Source of the DNA: an uncultured Oscillospiraceae bacterium | GTDB taxonomy: Bacteria; Bacillota; Clostridia; Oscillospirales; Oscillospiraceae | Direction of reading: 5' to 3' | Assembly: GCA_900763965.1 (NCBI GenBank) | Contig: CAAFMG010000149.1 | Location: 1 to 58,842, forward strand | Length of the DNA: 58,842 nt | Shown: positions 48,171-58,809 of the stretch, one piece after another | Layout of the letters: each line of letters begins with the position of its first letter | Numbering within the stretch: position 1 is the stretch's first letter | Translations under genes and position numbers: made by a program | Notes under the pieces: model-generated | What the model saw: only the letters and a program-made list of their open reading frames with translations | Databases searched by the model: none | What the model was told of the DNA's origin: nothing

Positions 48171-49049
48171 ATGAAGGATAAAACCACTTCGTATAAAATC
48201 AAACAATACCTGATGTTTGCCGGTCCGGGAACGCTGCTGTTCTTCGGCGCTGTGATCGTTCCCTTCCTGTACGGCATGTATCTGACACTGACCAGCTGGG
48301 ACGGCATCAGCAAGGTCAAGCCCTTTGTGGGCCTTGCCAATTTTGCAGCGGCGTTTCAGGACACCGCCTACTGGCAGGCCATGGGCCGCACTGCGATCTA
48401 CTCCTGCTTCTCCGTGATCCTCATCAACATCATTGCCTTCGCCCTGGCCTATCTTGTGACCAGCGGCGTGAAGGGACAGAATTTCTTCCGGGCCGGTTTC
48501 TTTGTCCCCAACCTGATCGGCGGCATTGTCCTGGGCTATGTGTGGAAATTCGTATTCAACCGTGCCTTTGTGGCACTGGGCAGCGCCATTGCCGGCGGCA
48601 CCGTGCCCAGCCTGCTGGCCACCCCCAAGGGGGCTATGTTTTGCCTGATCCTGGTATCGGTGTGGCAGTACGCAGGCTACATGATGCTTATCTATGTGGC
48701 AGGCTTCATGAGTGTGTCCAAGGATGTGCAGGAGGCCGCCATGATCGATGGCTGCAATTCGGCACAGACCATGCGCAATGTGACCGTTCCTCTGATGCGT
48801 TCCTCCTTCGTTCAGTGCCTGTTCCTGAGCATCACCCGGTGCTTCGTGGTGTATGATGTGAACCTGTCTCTGACCAAGGGCGAACCCTTCAATTCCTCCG
48901 TCATGGCAGCCATGCACGTTTACAACCAGGCCTTCACCTACAAGAATTACGGTGTAGGACAGGCCGAAGCTCTGATCCTGTTCCTGGTCTGCGCCATTGT
49001 GGGCGTGACCCAGGTTATGGTCGGTAAGAAAGGAGAGGTGGATGCGTAA
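48171..49049 (+). CDS. Carbohydrate ABC transporter permease (MsmF-like)
   Basis: 6 TM; EAA loop EAAMIDGC. Confidence 0.95.
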   Translation: MKDKTTSYKIKQYLMFAGPGTLLFFGAVIVPFLYGMYLTLTSWDGISKVKPFVGLANFAAAFQDTAYWQAMGRTAIYSCFSVILINIIAFALAYLVTSGVKGQNFFRAGFFVPNLIGGIVLGYVWKFVFNRAFVALGSAIAGGTVPSLLATPKGAMFCLILVSVWQYAGYMMLIYVAGFMSVSKDVQEAAMIDGCNSAQTMRNVTVPLMRSSFVQCLFLSITRCFVVYDVNLSLTKGEPFNSSVMAAMHVYNQAFTYKNYGVGQAEALILFLVCAIVGVTQVMVGKKGEVDA

Positions 49050-49912
49050 TGCTGGATAACGAAAAGGCCGCACGGCACAAGCGGATCTGCCGGGTCATCA
49101 TGTGGGTGATCCTGCTGGCCCTGTTCCTGTGCTTCATCTTCCCCTTTGTTCTTGTCATCATCAACGTCTTTAAGACCAAGGCGGATATCACCTCGGATCC
49201 TCTGGCTCTCATCGGTGCCCATGGCTTCACGCTGAAAAATTTCCCTGAGGCCATGAAGAAGATGAACTTCAGCCGGGTGTTTCTGAACTCCGCCATTATC
49301 ACCACCAGCGCCACTGTGCTGACCATTCTGGTGTCCTCCATGACGGCCTTTGTTATGGTGCGCAATCCCCGCTGGCGGATCTGCTCCCTGACCTTCTCTC
49401 TGATGATCGCCTCCATGGTCATCCCGTTCCAGGTGCTGATGGTCCCCTTGGTATCCGTCTACGGCGGCACCCTGGGTGTTCTCAACCACCGGCTGACCCT
49501 GATCCTGCTCCACGTTGGTTTCTCCGTGTCCATGGCCATGTTTATGTTCCACGGTGCCATTAAGACCAATATCCCCATGGAGCTGGAGGAGGCGGCCACC
49601 ATTGACGGCTGCTCCCGCTGGCAGACCTACTGGAAGGTGGTATTCCCCCTGCTGAAGCCAACCATTGCCACCGTGGCCATTATCAACGCCATGGCCTACT
49701 GGAATGACTACCTTCTGCCCAGCCTGGTGCTGACCAAGAAGGATCTGTACACCATTCCCATCGCCACCCAGGCTTTCTATGGCACTTATTCCACGGATAT
49801 CGGCCTTGTGATGGCGGCACTGCTGCTGGCGATGCTGCCCATCCTCATTCTCTATGTATTCTTGCAGCGCTACATTGTGGAGGGTGTGACCTCCGGCGCC
49901 GTGAAAGGATAG
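49049..49912 (+). CDS. Carbohydrate ABC transporter permease (MsmG-like)
   Basis: IPMELEEAATIDGC, WNDYLLP, FLQRYIVEG. Confidence 0.95.
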   Translation: MLDNEKAARHKRICRVIMWVILLALFLCFIFPFVLVIINVFKTKADITSDPLALIGAHGFTLKNFPEAMKKMNFSRVFLNSAIITTSATVLTILVSSMTAFVMVRNPRWRICSLTFSLMIASMVIPFQVLMVPLVSVYGGTLGVLNHRLTLILLHVGFSVSMAMFMFHGAIKTNIPMELEEAATIDGCSRWQTYWKVVFPLLKPTIATVAIINAMAYWNDYLLPSLVLTKKDLYTIPIATQAFYGTYSTDIGLVMAALLLAMLPILILYVFLQRYIVEGVTSGAVKG

Positions 49913-49951
49913 TTCTTCTTCCTCCTCCTAAATACTTTCTCCGCAACGGGT

Positions 49952-49977
49952 TGCCCCGTCCCATCGGGGACGGGGCA
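49952..49977 (+). terminator. Intergenic hairpin after the ABC permeases
   Basis: TGCCCCGTCCC-atcg-GGGACGGGGCA; no strong U-tract. Confidence 0.45.
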
Positions 49978-50005
49978 GTTCGCCATTCTGAAAGGACAGA
50001 CGTGT

Positions 50006-50623
50006 ATGAAACGGCTTTTTGATATGGACAATCCTTTGATGCAGGCTTTGGGGATCCTGGCGGATCTCATGGTTCTGAATCTTCTGACCATTGTGTGCAG
50101 TCTGCCTGTCCTGACGGCTGGGGCAGCCCTGACGGCGCTGAACGCCACCGCCAACCGCATTCTCCGGGGGGAGGAACGCTCTGTGACAGGGGACTATTTC
50201 CGATCCTTCCGGGAGAATTTCTCCAAGGGCGTGGGGATGGGGGTGCTGTTTACCCTGGTGCTGCTGGTGCTGCTGGCAGATTTCTGGGCAGCTACCCGGT
50301 GGGTGCCGGTTTTGCGCCCTGTCTTTGCCGCTTTGGCCCTTCTGACGCTGATGCTGGGGCAGTACGCCTTTGCGCTGCTTGCCCGGTATGAAAACACCCT
50401 TTTGGAAACCCTGAAAAACGCCTGCCTGCTGGCGGTGGGGTATTTCCCCAGAACCCTGGCCATGGCAGTGTTTGCAGCGGCACTGTGGCTGCTGTCGGTA
50501 CAGTTTCTGCACTATGGCGCACCGATTCTGTTTTTGTTCGGACTTTCCCTTCCTTGCTATGTGACGCTGCTTCTGTTGCAGAGCGTCTTTTCTCGATTAG
50601 ACCATTCTCACAGCCAACCATAA
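50006..50623 (+). CDS. YesL/DUF624 family membrane protein
   Basis: DLMVLNLL..SLPVLTAGAALTA, YFRSFRENF. Confidence 0.9.
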   Translation: MKRLFDMDNPLMQALGILADLMVLNLLTIVCSLPVLTAGAALTALNATANRILRGEERSVTGDYFRSFRENFSKGVGMGVLFTLVLLVLLADFWAATRWVPVLRPVFAALALLTLMLGQYAFALLARYENTLLETLKNACLLAVGYFPRTLAMAVFAAALWLLSVQFLHYGAPILFLFGLSLPCYVTLLLLQSVFSRLDHSHSQP

Positions 50624-50674
50624 CGGCTGTGTATCTACATACAAACATACAAATCACGTTCCGGAGGTACCGCT

Positions 50675-52885
50675 ATGCCGATTTTCTGCGATCCTGAAAA
50701 CAAGAGCTTTACCCTGACCACCCAAGATACCATGTACCAGATGCAGGTTGGCCCGGTGGGGCATCTGCTGCACCTGTACTATGGCCCCAAAACCGACTGC
50801 TGCTTTGACTACTTGCAGCCGGATCGGGACTGCGGCTTTTCTCCCAATCCCTACGACTGGCAGCAGGGCCGGGGCTGGTCCCTGGATACCAAGGCCCAGG
50901 AGTACAGCAGTGCCCATACCGGCGATTACCGGGTCAGCTCCCTGCGCCTAAAAACCGATGCCGGGATCTGCGGCACCGATCTGCGGTATGTCAGCCATAC
51001 CATCCGGGAGGAAAAATACCGGATCCCCGGGATGCCCTCTGCCTTTGACAAAACCGGCAGTGCCTGCTGCCTGAGCATCACCCTGAAGGATGCTGCCACA
51101 GGGGTGCAGGTGGAGCTGCTGTACGGCGTTTTTGAAGCGGAAAATGTGATCACCCGGGCCGTCCGGATCATCAATGCCGGAGACAGTGTGGTGATGCTGG
51201 AACAGGCCGCCTCTGCCTGTTTGGATATTCCCTTCGGCAGCTGGCAGTTGATCCACTTCCACGGACGGCACACCATGGAGCGGATGCCGGAGCGCCGGGA
51301 TTTGATCCAGGGCATCCAGACCGTTTCCTCCACCCGGGGGGCCACCAGTCATCAGCACAACCCCTTCGTCATTCTCTGCCAGCCGGAAACCACCGAGGAC
51401 GATGGCGAGTGCTACGGCATGATGCTGGTCTACTCCGGCAACCACAAAACGGACATTGAACTGGATCAGGCAGGATCCGTCCGGGCGGTGATGGGCATCC
51501 ATGATGCCGGTTTCTGCTGGATGCTGGAGCCCGGTCAGGTCTTTGACACCCCGGAGGTGCTGATGACCTACACCCACCGGGGCCTGACCCGGCTCTCCCA
51601 AACCTATCACCACTTTATCCGGCACAATATATGCCGCAGCCCCTTTGCCCTGGAGCGCCGCCCGGTGCTGCTCAACAGCTGGGAGGCGGCCTACATGGAT
51701 ATCTCCGAGGAAAAGCTCCTGTCCATCGCCCAGGGGGCAAAGGAACTGGGGGTGGAGCTGTTTGTTATTGATGACGGCTGGTTCGGTCAGCGGGATGACG
51801 ATTTCCGCAGTCTGGGAGACTGGTTCCCCAACCGGCGGAAGCTGCCCCAGGGTCTGAAGCCCACCCTGGAAAAGATCCGCAGTCTGGGACTGAAGGTGGG
51901 CCTGTGGGTGGAGCCGGAGATGGTCAACGAGGACTCCCAGCTTTACCGTACCCACCCCGACTGGGCCTTGACCGTGCCGGGGCGGAAGCCCACCATGAGC
52001 CGCAGTCAGCTGGTTCTGAATATGAGCCGGAAGGACGTGGTGAACTGGCTGTATGAAACCCTGTCCGCTCTCCTGCGGGACAACCCCATTGACTACATCA
52101 AGTGGGACATGAATCGTAATTTGGCGGATGTATTCAGCTGCGCCCTTCCTCCGGCTCGTCAGGGGGAGGTGAGCCACCGCTTCGTGCTGGGCTACTATGA
52201 CCTGATGGAACGGCTGACCAGAGAATTCCCGGATGTGCTGTTTGAGGGTTGTGCAGGGGGCGGCGGACGGTTCGATGCCGCAGCCCTGGCCTACACCCCC
52301 CAGATCTGGTGCAGCGACAACACCGACCCCATTGCCCGGCTGCGCATTCAGTATGGAACCTCCTTCGGCTATCCTGTGGCCTGCATGGGCTCCCACGTTT
52401 CCGCTTCCCCAAATCACCAGACCGGCAGAAGCACCCCCATAGGCACCCGTGCCACCGTGGCCATGGCAGGAACCTTTGGCTATGAGCTGGATCCGGCAGC
52501 GTTGACCCCGGCGGAAAAAGCAGCCGTCCGGGAGCAGATCCAGCGGTTCCATACCTTGCAGGATCTGATTGGCAATGGTGACTACTATCGCCTGACCGAT
52601 GGCTCTGCCTGGCAGATCGTCTCCCGCGACCGGCAGCAAGCCCTTCTGAGCTTTGTCCTGGTGGATCCTGCTTCCAATCCCAAGCCCAACCATATCCGGC
52701 TCAAGGGGCTGGATCCCGATGCCCGGTACGAAATCGCCTGGGCAGATTATCACGAAAGCAAGGCAGTGCCTTCCTCGTGGTGCAGCCGCAGCTTCACCGG
52801 AACGGCACTGATGCGTGGCGGCTATACCCTTCCCATTCTCTTTGGCGACTATCCTGCGGTGCAGATCCTTTTTCAAAAAGTATAA
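50675..52885 (+). CDS. Alpha-galactosidase (GH36)
   Basis: NSWEAAY, FVIDDGWFG, GLWVEPEM, YIKWDMNR, CAGGGGRFD, WCSDNTD. Confidence 0.97.
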   Translation: MPIFCDPENKSFTLTTQDTMYQMQVGPVGHLLHLYYGPKTDCCFDYLQPDRDCGFSPNPYDWQQGRGWSLDTKAQEYSSAHTGDYRVSSLRLKTDAGICGTDLRYVSHTIREEKYRIPGMPSAFDKTGSACCLSITLKDAATGVQVELLYGVFEAENVITRAVRIINAGDSVVMLEQAASACLDIPFGSWQLIHFHGRHTMERMPERRDLIQGIQTVSSTRGATSHQHNPFVILCQPETTEDDGECYGMMLVYSGNHKTDIELDQAGSVRAVMGIHDAGFCWMLEPGQVFDTPEVLMTYTHRGLTRLSQTYHHFIRHNICRSPFALERRPVLLNSWEAAYMDISEEKLLSIAQGAKELGVELFVIDDGWFGQRDDDFRSLGDWFPNRRKLPQGLKPTLEKIRSLGLKVGLWVEPEMVNEDSQLYRTHPDWALTVPGRKPTMSRSQLVLNMSRKDVVNWLYETLSALLRDNPIDYIKWDMNRNLADVFSCALPPARQGEVSHRFVLGYYDLMERLTREFPDVLFEGCAGGGGRFDAAALAYTPQIWCSDNTDPIARLRIQYGTSFGYPVACMGSHVSASPNHQTGRSTPIGTRATVAMAGTFGYELDPAALTPAEKAAVREQIQRFHTLQDLIGNGDYYRLTDGSAWQIVSRDRQQALLSFVLVDPASNPKPNHIRLKGLDPDARYEIAWADYHESKAVPSSWCSRSFTGTALMRGGYTLPILFGDYPAVQILFQKV

Positions 52886-52906
52886 GGCTACGGGAGGAAA
52901 TGACCT

Positions 52907-54385
52907 ATGACCGAATTATTGCAGAAAGCCCGGGACTATGAGGCCCAGCGCCGCCCTGAGGTGATGCCCCAGCTGCCGGCGTTCCACCTGACCGCCGGTG
53001 TGGGCTGGATGAACGATCCCAACGGCTTTGCCCCCTACAAGGGGGAGTACCATCTGTTTTTTCAATACTATCCCTACGATACCCAGTGGGGCCCCATGCA
53101 CTGGGGTCACGCCAAAACCAAGGACTTTATCCGCTGGGAGTACCTGCCTGCGGCTCTGGCCCCGGATGCCCGGTATGACCGGAACGGCTGCTTCTCCGGC
53201 GGCGGGGTGGAGCTGCCCGATGGGCGGCATCTGCTGCTTTACACCGGTGTGGAGATCACCCCGGAGGGAGAATTCCAGACCCAGTGCGTAGCCCTGGGAG
53301 ATGGAGTGAACTACGAAAAATATGAACACAACCCGGTGATTACCGCCCAGCTGATCCCCCAGGGGAACAACACCCGGGACTTCCGGGATCCCAAAATCTG
53401 GATAGAGGACGGAACGATCTACAGTGTCACGGTGAACCGGGGTCGGGACGGCAGTGCCGATGTCCTGCTCCACGAAAGCCGGGACGGCCTGCACTGGCAG
53501 CTGGCAAGCACTCTGTATTCCTGCGGCCACCGCTACGGAAATATGTGGGAATGTCCCGACTTTTTCTACCTGGACGGCAGAGCCGTTCTGCTCCACAGCA
53601 TTATGGAAATGCGGGCAAAGACCCTGGAATATCACAACGGCAACTGCAAAATGTACCACATCGGCTATCTGGATGCCAACAAGCATTTCCACGAGGAAAC
53701 TGCCCATGCCATTGAAAACGGCATTGACTTCTACGCCCCTCAGACCCTGCTGGCCCAGGACGGCCGCCGGATCATGATCGGCTGGATGCAGGCCTGGGAG
53801 GGTGCCAAGCAGAAGATTCCCGGTATGGATTTCATGGGCATGATGACCGTTCCCAGAGAGCTGACCATCCGGGAGGATCGGATCTATCAGTGGCCTGTCC
53901 GGGAGCTGGAAGCCTACCGCACCAACCCGGTCACCCACCAAAAGGTGACTATTGAAAAAGAAACGGCCGTGCCTGGAATCTGCGGCAGAGTTATGGATCT
54001 GACTTTGGAGATTGCCCCCGGCCCGGCAGGCTACGAAAGCTTTACCATGGAGATCAACAAGGGTGACGGCTTCCATACCGCCATCACCCTGCTGCCTAAA
54101 AAGGGAACGATCTGCCTGGATCGCAGTCTCAGCGGCTTCCCCCACGATGTCAACCACATCCGTCAGTTCCCGGTGACCTTCCGGGAAGGCAAGCTCCGGC
54201 TGCGGCTGCTGCTGGATCGCTACAGTGCCGAGCTGTTTGTGGAGGATGGTCAGCAGGCGGCTTCTATGGTGCTCTATCCTCCGGAGAATGCCGACGGAAT
54301 CACCTTCCGGGCAGATGCACCGGTGGAGCTGTCTGTGGAAAAATATGATTTGCAGATCCCGGATAACTGGAGGGCGGCAAAATGA
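52907..54385 (+). CDS. GH32 beta-fructofuranosidase / sucrose-6-phosphate hydrolase
   Basis: WMNDPNG, WGPMHWGH, FRDP, WECPD. Confidence 0.96.
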   Translation: MTELLQKARDYEAQRRPEVMPQLPAFHLTAGVGWMNDPNGFAPYKGEYHLFFQYYPYDTQWGPMHWGHAKTKDFIRWEYLPAALAPDARYDRNGCFSGGGVELPDGRHLLLYTGVEITPEGEFQTQCVALGDGVNYEKYEHNPVITAQLIPQGNNTRDFRDPKIWIEDGTIYSVTVNRGRDGSADVLLHESRDGLHWQLASTLYSCGHRYGNMWECPDFFYLDGRAVLLHSIMEMRAKTLEYHNGNCKMYHIGYLDANKHFHEETAHAIENGIDFYAPQTLLAQDGRRIMIGWMQAWEGAKQKIPGMDFMGMMTVPRELTIREDRIYQWPVRELEAYRTNPVTHQKVTIEKETAVPGICGRVMDLTLEIAPGPAGYESFTMEINKGDGFHTAITLLPKKGTICLDRSLSGFPHDVNHIRQFPVTFREGKLRLRLLLDRYSAELFVEDGQQAASMVLYPPENADGITFRADAPVELSVEKYDLQIPDNWRAAK

Positions 54386-56001
54386 ATCAATGGTGGAAGA
54401 ATGCGGTAATCTATCAGGTCTATCCCCGGAGCTTTTGCGACAGCAATGGTGACGGCCTTGGGGATATTCCCGGTATCATTTCCAAATTGGACTATTTGCA
54501 GCAGCTGGGGGTGGATGCCATTTGGCTTTCCCCGGTGTTCCGCTCCCCGCAGGATGATAACGGCTACGACATTTCCGACTATCAGGACATTGACCCCATG
54601 TTCGGCACCCTGTCCGACATGGATGAACTGATCGCCCAGGCAAAGAAGCGGAAGATCCGCATCATCATGGATCTGGTGCTGAGCCACTCCTCCGATGAAC
54701 ACCTCTGGTTCCGGGAAGCCAAAAAGAGCCGTCAGAATCCATGGCATGATTTTTACATCTGGCGGAATGGTCAGCCGGACAATCCGCCCAATGACCTTGA
54801 ATCGGCCTTTGGCGGCTCTGCCTGGGAATGGGTGCCGGAGGTGGAACAGTTCTACTTCCACCGATTCTCCAAAAAGCAGCCGGATCTCAACTGGGAAAAC
54901 CCCAAAATGCGCCAAAGCCTGTATGCCATGATCCGCTGGTGGGCAGACCGGGGCATTGGAGGCTTCCGGCTGGATGTGGTGGATCTGTTTGGCAAGATCC
55001 CGGATCAAAAGATCCTGGAAAACGGCCCGAAGCTCCACGAATACATCCGGGAAATGCGCCGGGAGGCATTTACAGCCCCGGATCTGGTGACGGTGGGGGA
55101 GGCCTGGAGTGCCACTCCGGCCATTGCCAGACAATACAGTGCCCCGGATGGCAGCGAGCTTTCTATGGTGTTCCAGTTTGAGCACCTGGTTCTGGATCAG
55201 CAGCCCGGCGGGGAAAAATGGAATCTGGCACCCCTGCCCCTGGGGCAGCTGAAGCAGGTCATCTGCCGCTGGCAGCAGGAGCTGGCGGGAACCGGCTGGA
55301 ACAGTCTGTTCCTGGAAAATCACGATCTGCCCCGGATTGTCTCCCGCTGGGGTAATGACGGGGAATACCGGGAAGCATCGGCGAAAATGCTGGCAAGCCT
55401 GTTGTTCGGCTTGCAGGGAACGCCCTACATCTATCAGGGCCAGGAGCTGGGCATGACCAATGTCTGCTACCCTCTGGAAGAATATCGGGACATTGAAACG
55501 TTGGGTATGTACCGCAAATACAAGGCGTTGGGCTGGCCGGAGGAAAAGATTTTACGATCCATCCACGCCAGAAGCCGGGACAATGCCCGCACCCCCATGC
55601 AGTGGAGCGGCGCAGAAAACGCGGGCTTTACCACTGGAACGCCCTGGCTGAAGGTCAACCCCAACTACAAAACCATCAACGCAGACAACCAGCTTTCCGA
55701 TCCCGATTCCGTGTTTTCGTACTATCAAAGGCTGATCCGGCTGAGAAAGGGGCATCCCGTGTTCCGGGAGGGAACTTTCCGGCTGGTGCTTGCCGACCAC
55801 GAAGACATTTTTGCCTATACCCGTACCACTGCCGCGGCCCAGCTGCTGGTGGTATGTAATTTCCGGGGCGCAGACATAGAAGATCCCCTGGCCATTGGGG
55901 AATCCCCCATTCTCTGCAACTACCCGGATCAGCCCCTTTTGGGCAGACTGCGCCCCTATGAGGCACGGATCTACCTGAGATCACAGGAGGAAAATCCATG
56001 A
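54382..56001 (+). CDS. GH13_31-type oligo-1,6-/alpha-glucosidase
   Basis: YQVYPRSF, DNGYDISDY, QPDLN, GFRLDV, VGEA, ENHD. Confidence 0.95.
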   Translation: MNQWWKNAVIYQVYPRSFCDSNGDGLGDIPGIISKLDYLQQLGVDAIWLSPVFRSPQDDNGYDISDYQDIDPMFGTLSDMDELIAQAKKRKIRIIMDLVLSHSSDEHLWFREAKKSRQNPWHDFYIWRNGQPDNPPNDLESAFGGSAWEWVPEVEQFYFHRFSKKQPDLNWENPKMRQSLYAMIRWWADRGIGGFRLDVVDLFGKIPDQKILENGPKLHEYIREMRREAFTAPDLVTVGEAWSATPAIARQYSAPDGSELSMVFQFEHLVLDQQPGGEKWNLAPLPLGQLKQVICRWQQELAGTGWNSLFLENHDLPRIVSRWGNDGEYREASAKMLASLLFGLQGTPYIYQGQELGMTNVCYPLEEYRDIETLGMYRKYKALGWPEEKILRSIHARSRDNARTPMQWSGAENAGFTTGTPWLKVNPNYKTINADNQLSDPDSVFSYYQRLIRLRKGHPVFREGTFRLVLADHEDIFAYTRTTAAAQLLVVCNFRGADIEDPLAIGESPILCNYPDQPLLGRLRPYEARIYLRSQEENP

Positions 56002-57836
56002 ACAAGACAGAAAACCAAGAATTCCAGCGGCGGCTGCAAGCCCACCATGATGAGCTGCGGTGGCTGTATATGGAGCTTTACAACAACGGCTCCATGTTCT
56101 TTGAACTCATGGAATACCTGGAAAAATTCTATGCAGAACGCTCCCAGACCCTGAAAGCCATTGACCGAAAGCGGGAAGCCGATCCCAACTGGTACCGCCG
56201 CAATGACCTGGTGGGCATGATGCTCTACATCGACAATTTCGGCGGCACCATCCGGGGTGTCCAGGAAAAGCTGCCCTATCTGGAAAAGAGCAATATCAAC
56301 TATCTGCACCTGATGCCCTTTCTGGACACCGTGCCGGAACGCAGTGACGGCGGCTATGCGGTGAAGGACTTCCGCAAGGTGCAGCCGGAGCTGGGAACCA
56401 TGGCAGATCTGGAAAACCTGACCCAGGCCTGCCACGAAAAAGGAATCCAGGTGTGCATGGATTTCGTGATGAACCACACCAGCGAGGATCACCAGTGGGC
56501 CCAGCGGGCAAGGCAGGGCGAAGGGGAATACATGAGCCGGTATTTCTTCTTTGACAACCGGGAGATCCCTGACCGGTATGAAAAAACCGTGCCCCAGGTG
56601 TTTCCCACCACCGCCCCGGGGAACTTCACCTGGCTTCCCCAGTGCGGCCACTATGTAATGACCACCTTCTACCCCTACCAGTGGGATCTGAACTACCGCA
56701 ATCCCCGGGTGTTTAATGAGATGATGGCAAACTTTTTGTATCTGGCCAACCGGGGTATTGACATTCTCCGGATTGATGCGGTACCCTATATCTGGAAGGA
56801 GCTGGGCACCAGCTGCCGGAACTTAAAGCAGGTTCACACCATCGTGCGGATGATGCGGATGATCGGTCAGATCGTCTGTCCCAGTGTTCTGCTGCTGGGG
56901 GAAGTGGTGATGGAGCCAAGCAAGGTGGTTCCCTACTTTGGCACAGAGGAAAAGCCGGAGTGCCACATGCTCTACAATGTGACCACCATGGCCACCACCT
57001 GGCATACCGTTGCCACCAAGGACACCACCCTGCTGCGGGAGCAGCTGGACAAGGTGTTCAGCCTGCCCCATCAGTATGTGTTCCTCAACTATCTGCGGTG
57101 CCACGATGACATCGGATGGGGGCTGGACTATGGTTCCCTGGGCCGGTTCGGCATGGCAGAGCGGCCCCACAAGGCCTATCTGAACGACTATTTCCGGGGC
57201 CTTAAGAATCTCAGCAACAGCCGGGGAGAGCTGTACAACGAGGATCCTGTCACCGGGGATGCCCGGCTGTGCGGAACCACCGCCTCCCTGTGCGGCTTGC
57301 AGGCGGCGCTGGCCTCCGGACGGGAGGAGGAGATCCGGAAGGCTGTGGATGCCGACGTGATGCTCCACGCCTATATGTTCATGCAGTCCGGCATTCCGGT
57401 GCTGTACTCCGGCGATGAGATCGGACAGCTCAACGACGACAGCTACCACCTGGATCCCAACAAGGCTGCCGATTCCCGGTACCTGCACCGGGGCAAAATG
57501 GACTGGAAGGCCGCCGCAAAAGCAGATCAGCCAGGCACCTGTGAAAACCGGATCTTCACCCGGCTGAAACAGCTGGAGGATATCCGCGCAGGGCAGGAGG
57601 CTTTTTCCTGCGATGCCAATGCGGTGACCCTGGACACCGGAGATCGGGCCATTCTGGGAATCGCCAGAAGGTATGCCAATACCCGCCTGGTGGGATTATT
57701 CAACTTTGCCGGAGAACCCAAGACCCCCAAGGGTCTGCCCGGCGGCAGATACCGGGATCTTCTGACCGGCAGGGAAGTGGATATGGAAAGTATTTCCCTT
57801 CCTGCCTATGGGTTTTTCTGGCTGAAACAGCTGTAA
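55998..57836 (+). CDS. GH13_4-type amylosucrase / sucrose hydrolase
   Basis: SDGGYAV, QWDLN, LRIDAV, RCHDDIGW, ARLCGTTASL, DSRYLHR. Confidence 0.9.
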   Translation: MNKTENQEFQRRLQAHHDELRWLYMELYNNGSMFFELMEYLEKFYAERSQTLKAIDRKREADPNWYRRNDLVGMMLYIDNFGGTIRGVQEKLPYLEKSNINYLHLMPFLDTVPERSDGGYAVKDFRKVQPELGTMADLENLTQACHEKGIQVCMDFVMNHTSEDHQWAQRARQGEGEYMSRYFFFDNREIPDRYEKTVPQVFPTTAPGNFTWLPQCGHYVMTTFYPYQWDLNYRNPRVFNEMMANFLYLANRGIDILRIDAVPYIWKELGTSCRNLKQVHTIVRMMRMIGQIVCPSVLLLGEVVMEPSKVVPYFGTEEKPECHMLYNVTTMATTWHTVATKDTTLLREQLDKVFSLPHQYVFLNYLRCHDDIGWGLDYGSLGRFGMAERPHKAYLNDYFRGLKNLSNSRGELYNEDPVTGDARLCGTTASLCGLQAALASGREEEIRKAVDADVMLHAYMFMQSGIPVLYSGDEIGQLNDDSYHLDPNKAADSRYLHRGKMDWKAAAKADQPGTCENRIFTRLKQLEDIRAGQEAFSCDANAVTLDTGDRAILGIARRYANTRLVGLFNFAGEPKTPKGLPGGRYRDLLTGREVDMESISLPAYGFFWLKQL

Positions 57837-57849
57837 TGAGGTGAAAATT

Positions 57850-58809
57850 ATGGAAAAATATGATGTGGTCGCTTTGGGCGAGCTGCTGATTGACCTGACC
57901 CAGAACGGATACAGCGGCCAGGGCAATCCTCTGCTGGAGGCAAATCCCGGAGGGGCTCCCTGCAACGTACTGGCCCTGCTGACCAAGCTGGGGCATTCCA
58001 CCGCCTTCATCGGCAAGGTGGGCAAGGACGGCTTTGGAGATCAGCTGGAAAATGCTCTGACGGAAACCGGAATCTCCACCGCCGGACTTCTCCGGGACGA
58101 TCAGGTACATACCACCCTGGCGGTGGTGCATACCCTGGCAGGGGGCGACCGGGATTTCAGCTTCTACCGCAATCCCGGCGCAGATATGTGTCTGCACACC
58201 CAGGAAATCAACCGGGAGCTGATCCGCCAGGCAAGGATCTTCCACTTTGGCACACTGTCCATGACCGATGAGCCGGTGCGCAGCGCTACCTATGCTGCCA
58301 TTGCCGAGGCGGAAGCCCATGGCGTTCTGCGCTCCTTTGATCCCAACCTGCGGCCTCCTCTGTGGCGGACATTGGATGAAGCGAAGGAGCAGGTGCTGTA
58401 CGGCATGGCACACTGCAACATTTTGAAGATTTCCGACAATGAGATCCAGTGGCTGACCCAGCAGGAGGATTTTGATGCCGGTGTTCGTTGGATCCGGCAA
58501 AGATTCCCCAATATCCGTCTGCTTCTGCTGTCCATGGGCAAGGATGGCAGCCGGGGCTACAGCGGCGATGCCATGGCGGAGGTCAAGGGCTTTTCTGTTA
58601 ATGCCATTGAGACCACCGGAGCCGGAGACACCTTCTTCGGCGGCATCCTGCACCATGTCCTTGCCTGGGGCCTGCGGGAGTACACCCGGCAGGAGCTGGA
58701 GGAAATGCTCACCTTTGCCAATGCGGCGGCAGCTCTGGTCACCACCAGAAAGGGCGCACTGCGGGTGATGCCCAGTCTGGCGGAGATCCAGGCCCTGCGA
58801 AACGCCTGA
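57850..58809 (+). CDS. PfkB family carbohydrate kinase (fructokinase)
   Basis: GELLID, NPGGAPCNV, FDPNLR, ETTGAGDTF. Confidence 0.93.
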   Translation: MEKYDVVALGELLIDLTQNGYSGQGNPLLEANPGGAPCNVLALLTKLGHSTAFIGKVGKDGFGDQLENALTETGISTAGLLRDDQVHTTLAVVHTLAGGDRDFSFYRNPGADMCLHTQEINRELIRQARIFHFGTLSMTDEPVRSATYAAIAEAEAHGVLRSFDPNLRPPLWRTLDEAKEQVLYGMAHCNILKISDNEIQWLTQQEDFDAGVRWIRQRFPNIRLLLLSMGKDGSRGYSGDAMAEVKGFSVNAIETTGAGDTFFGGILHHVLAWGLREYTRQELEEMLTFANAAAALVTTRKGALRVMPSLAEIQALRNA

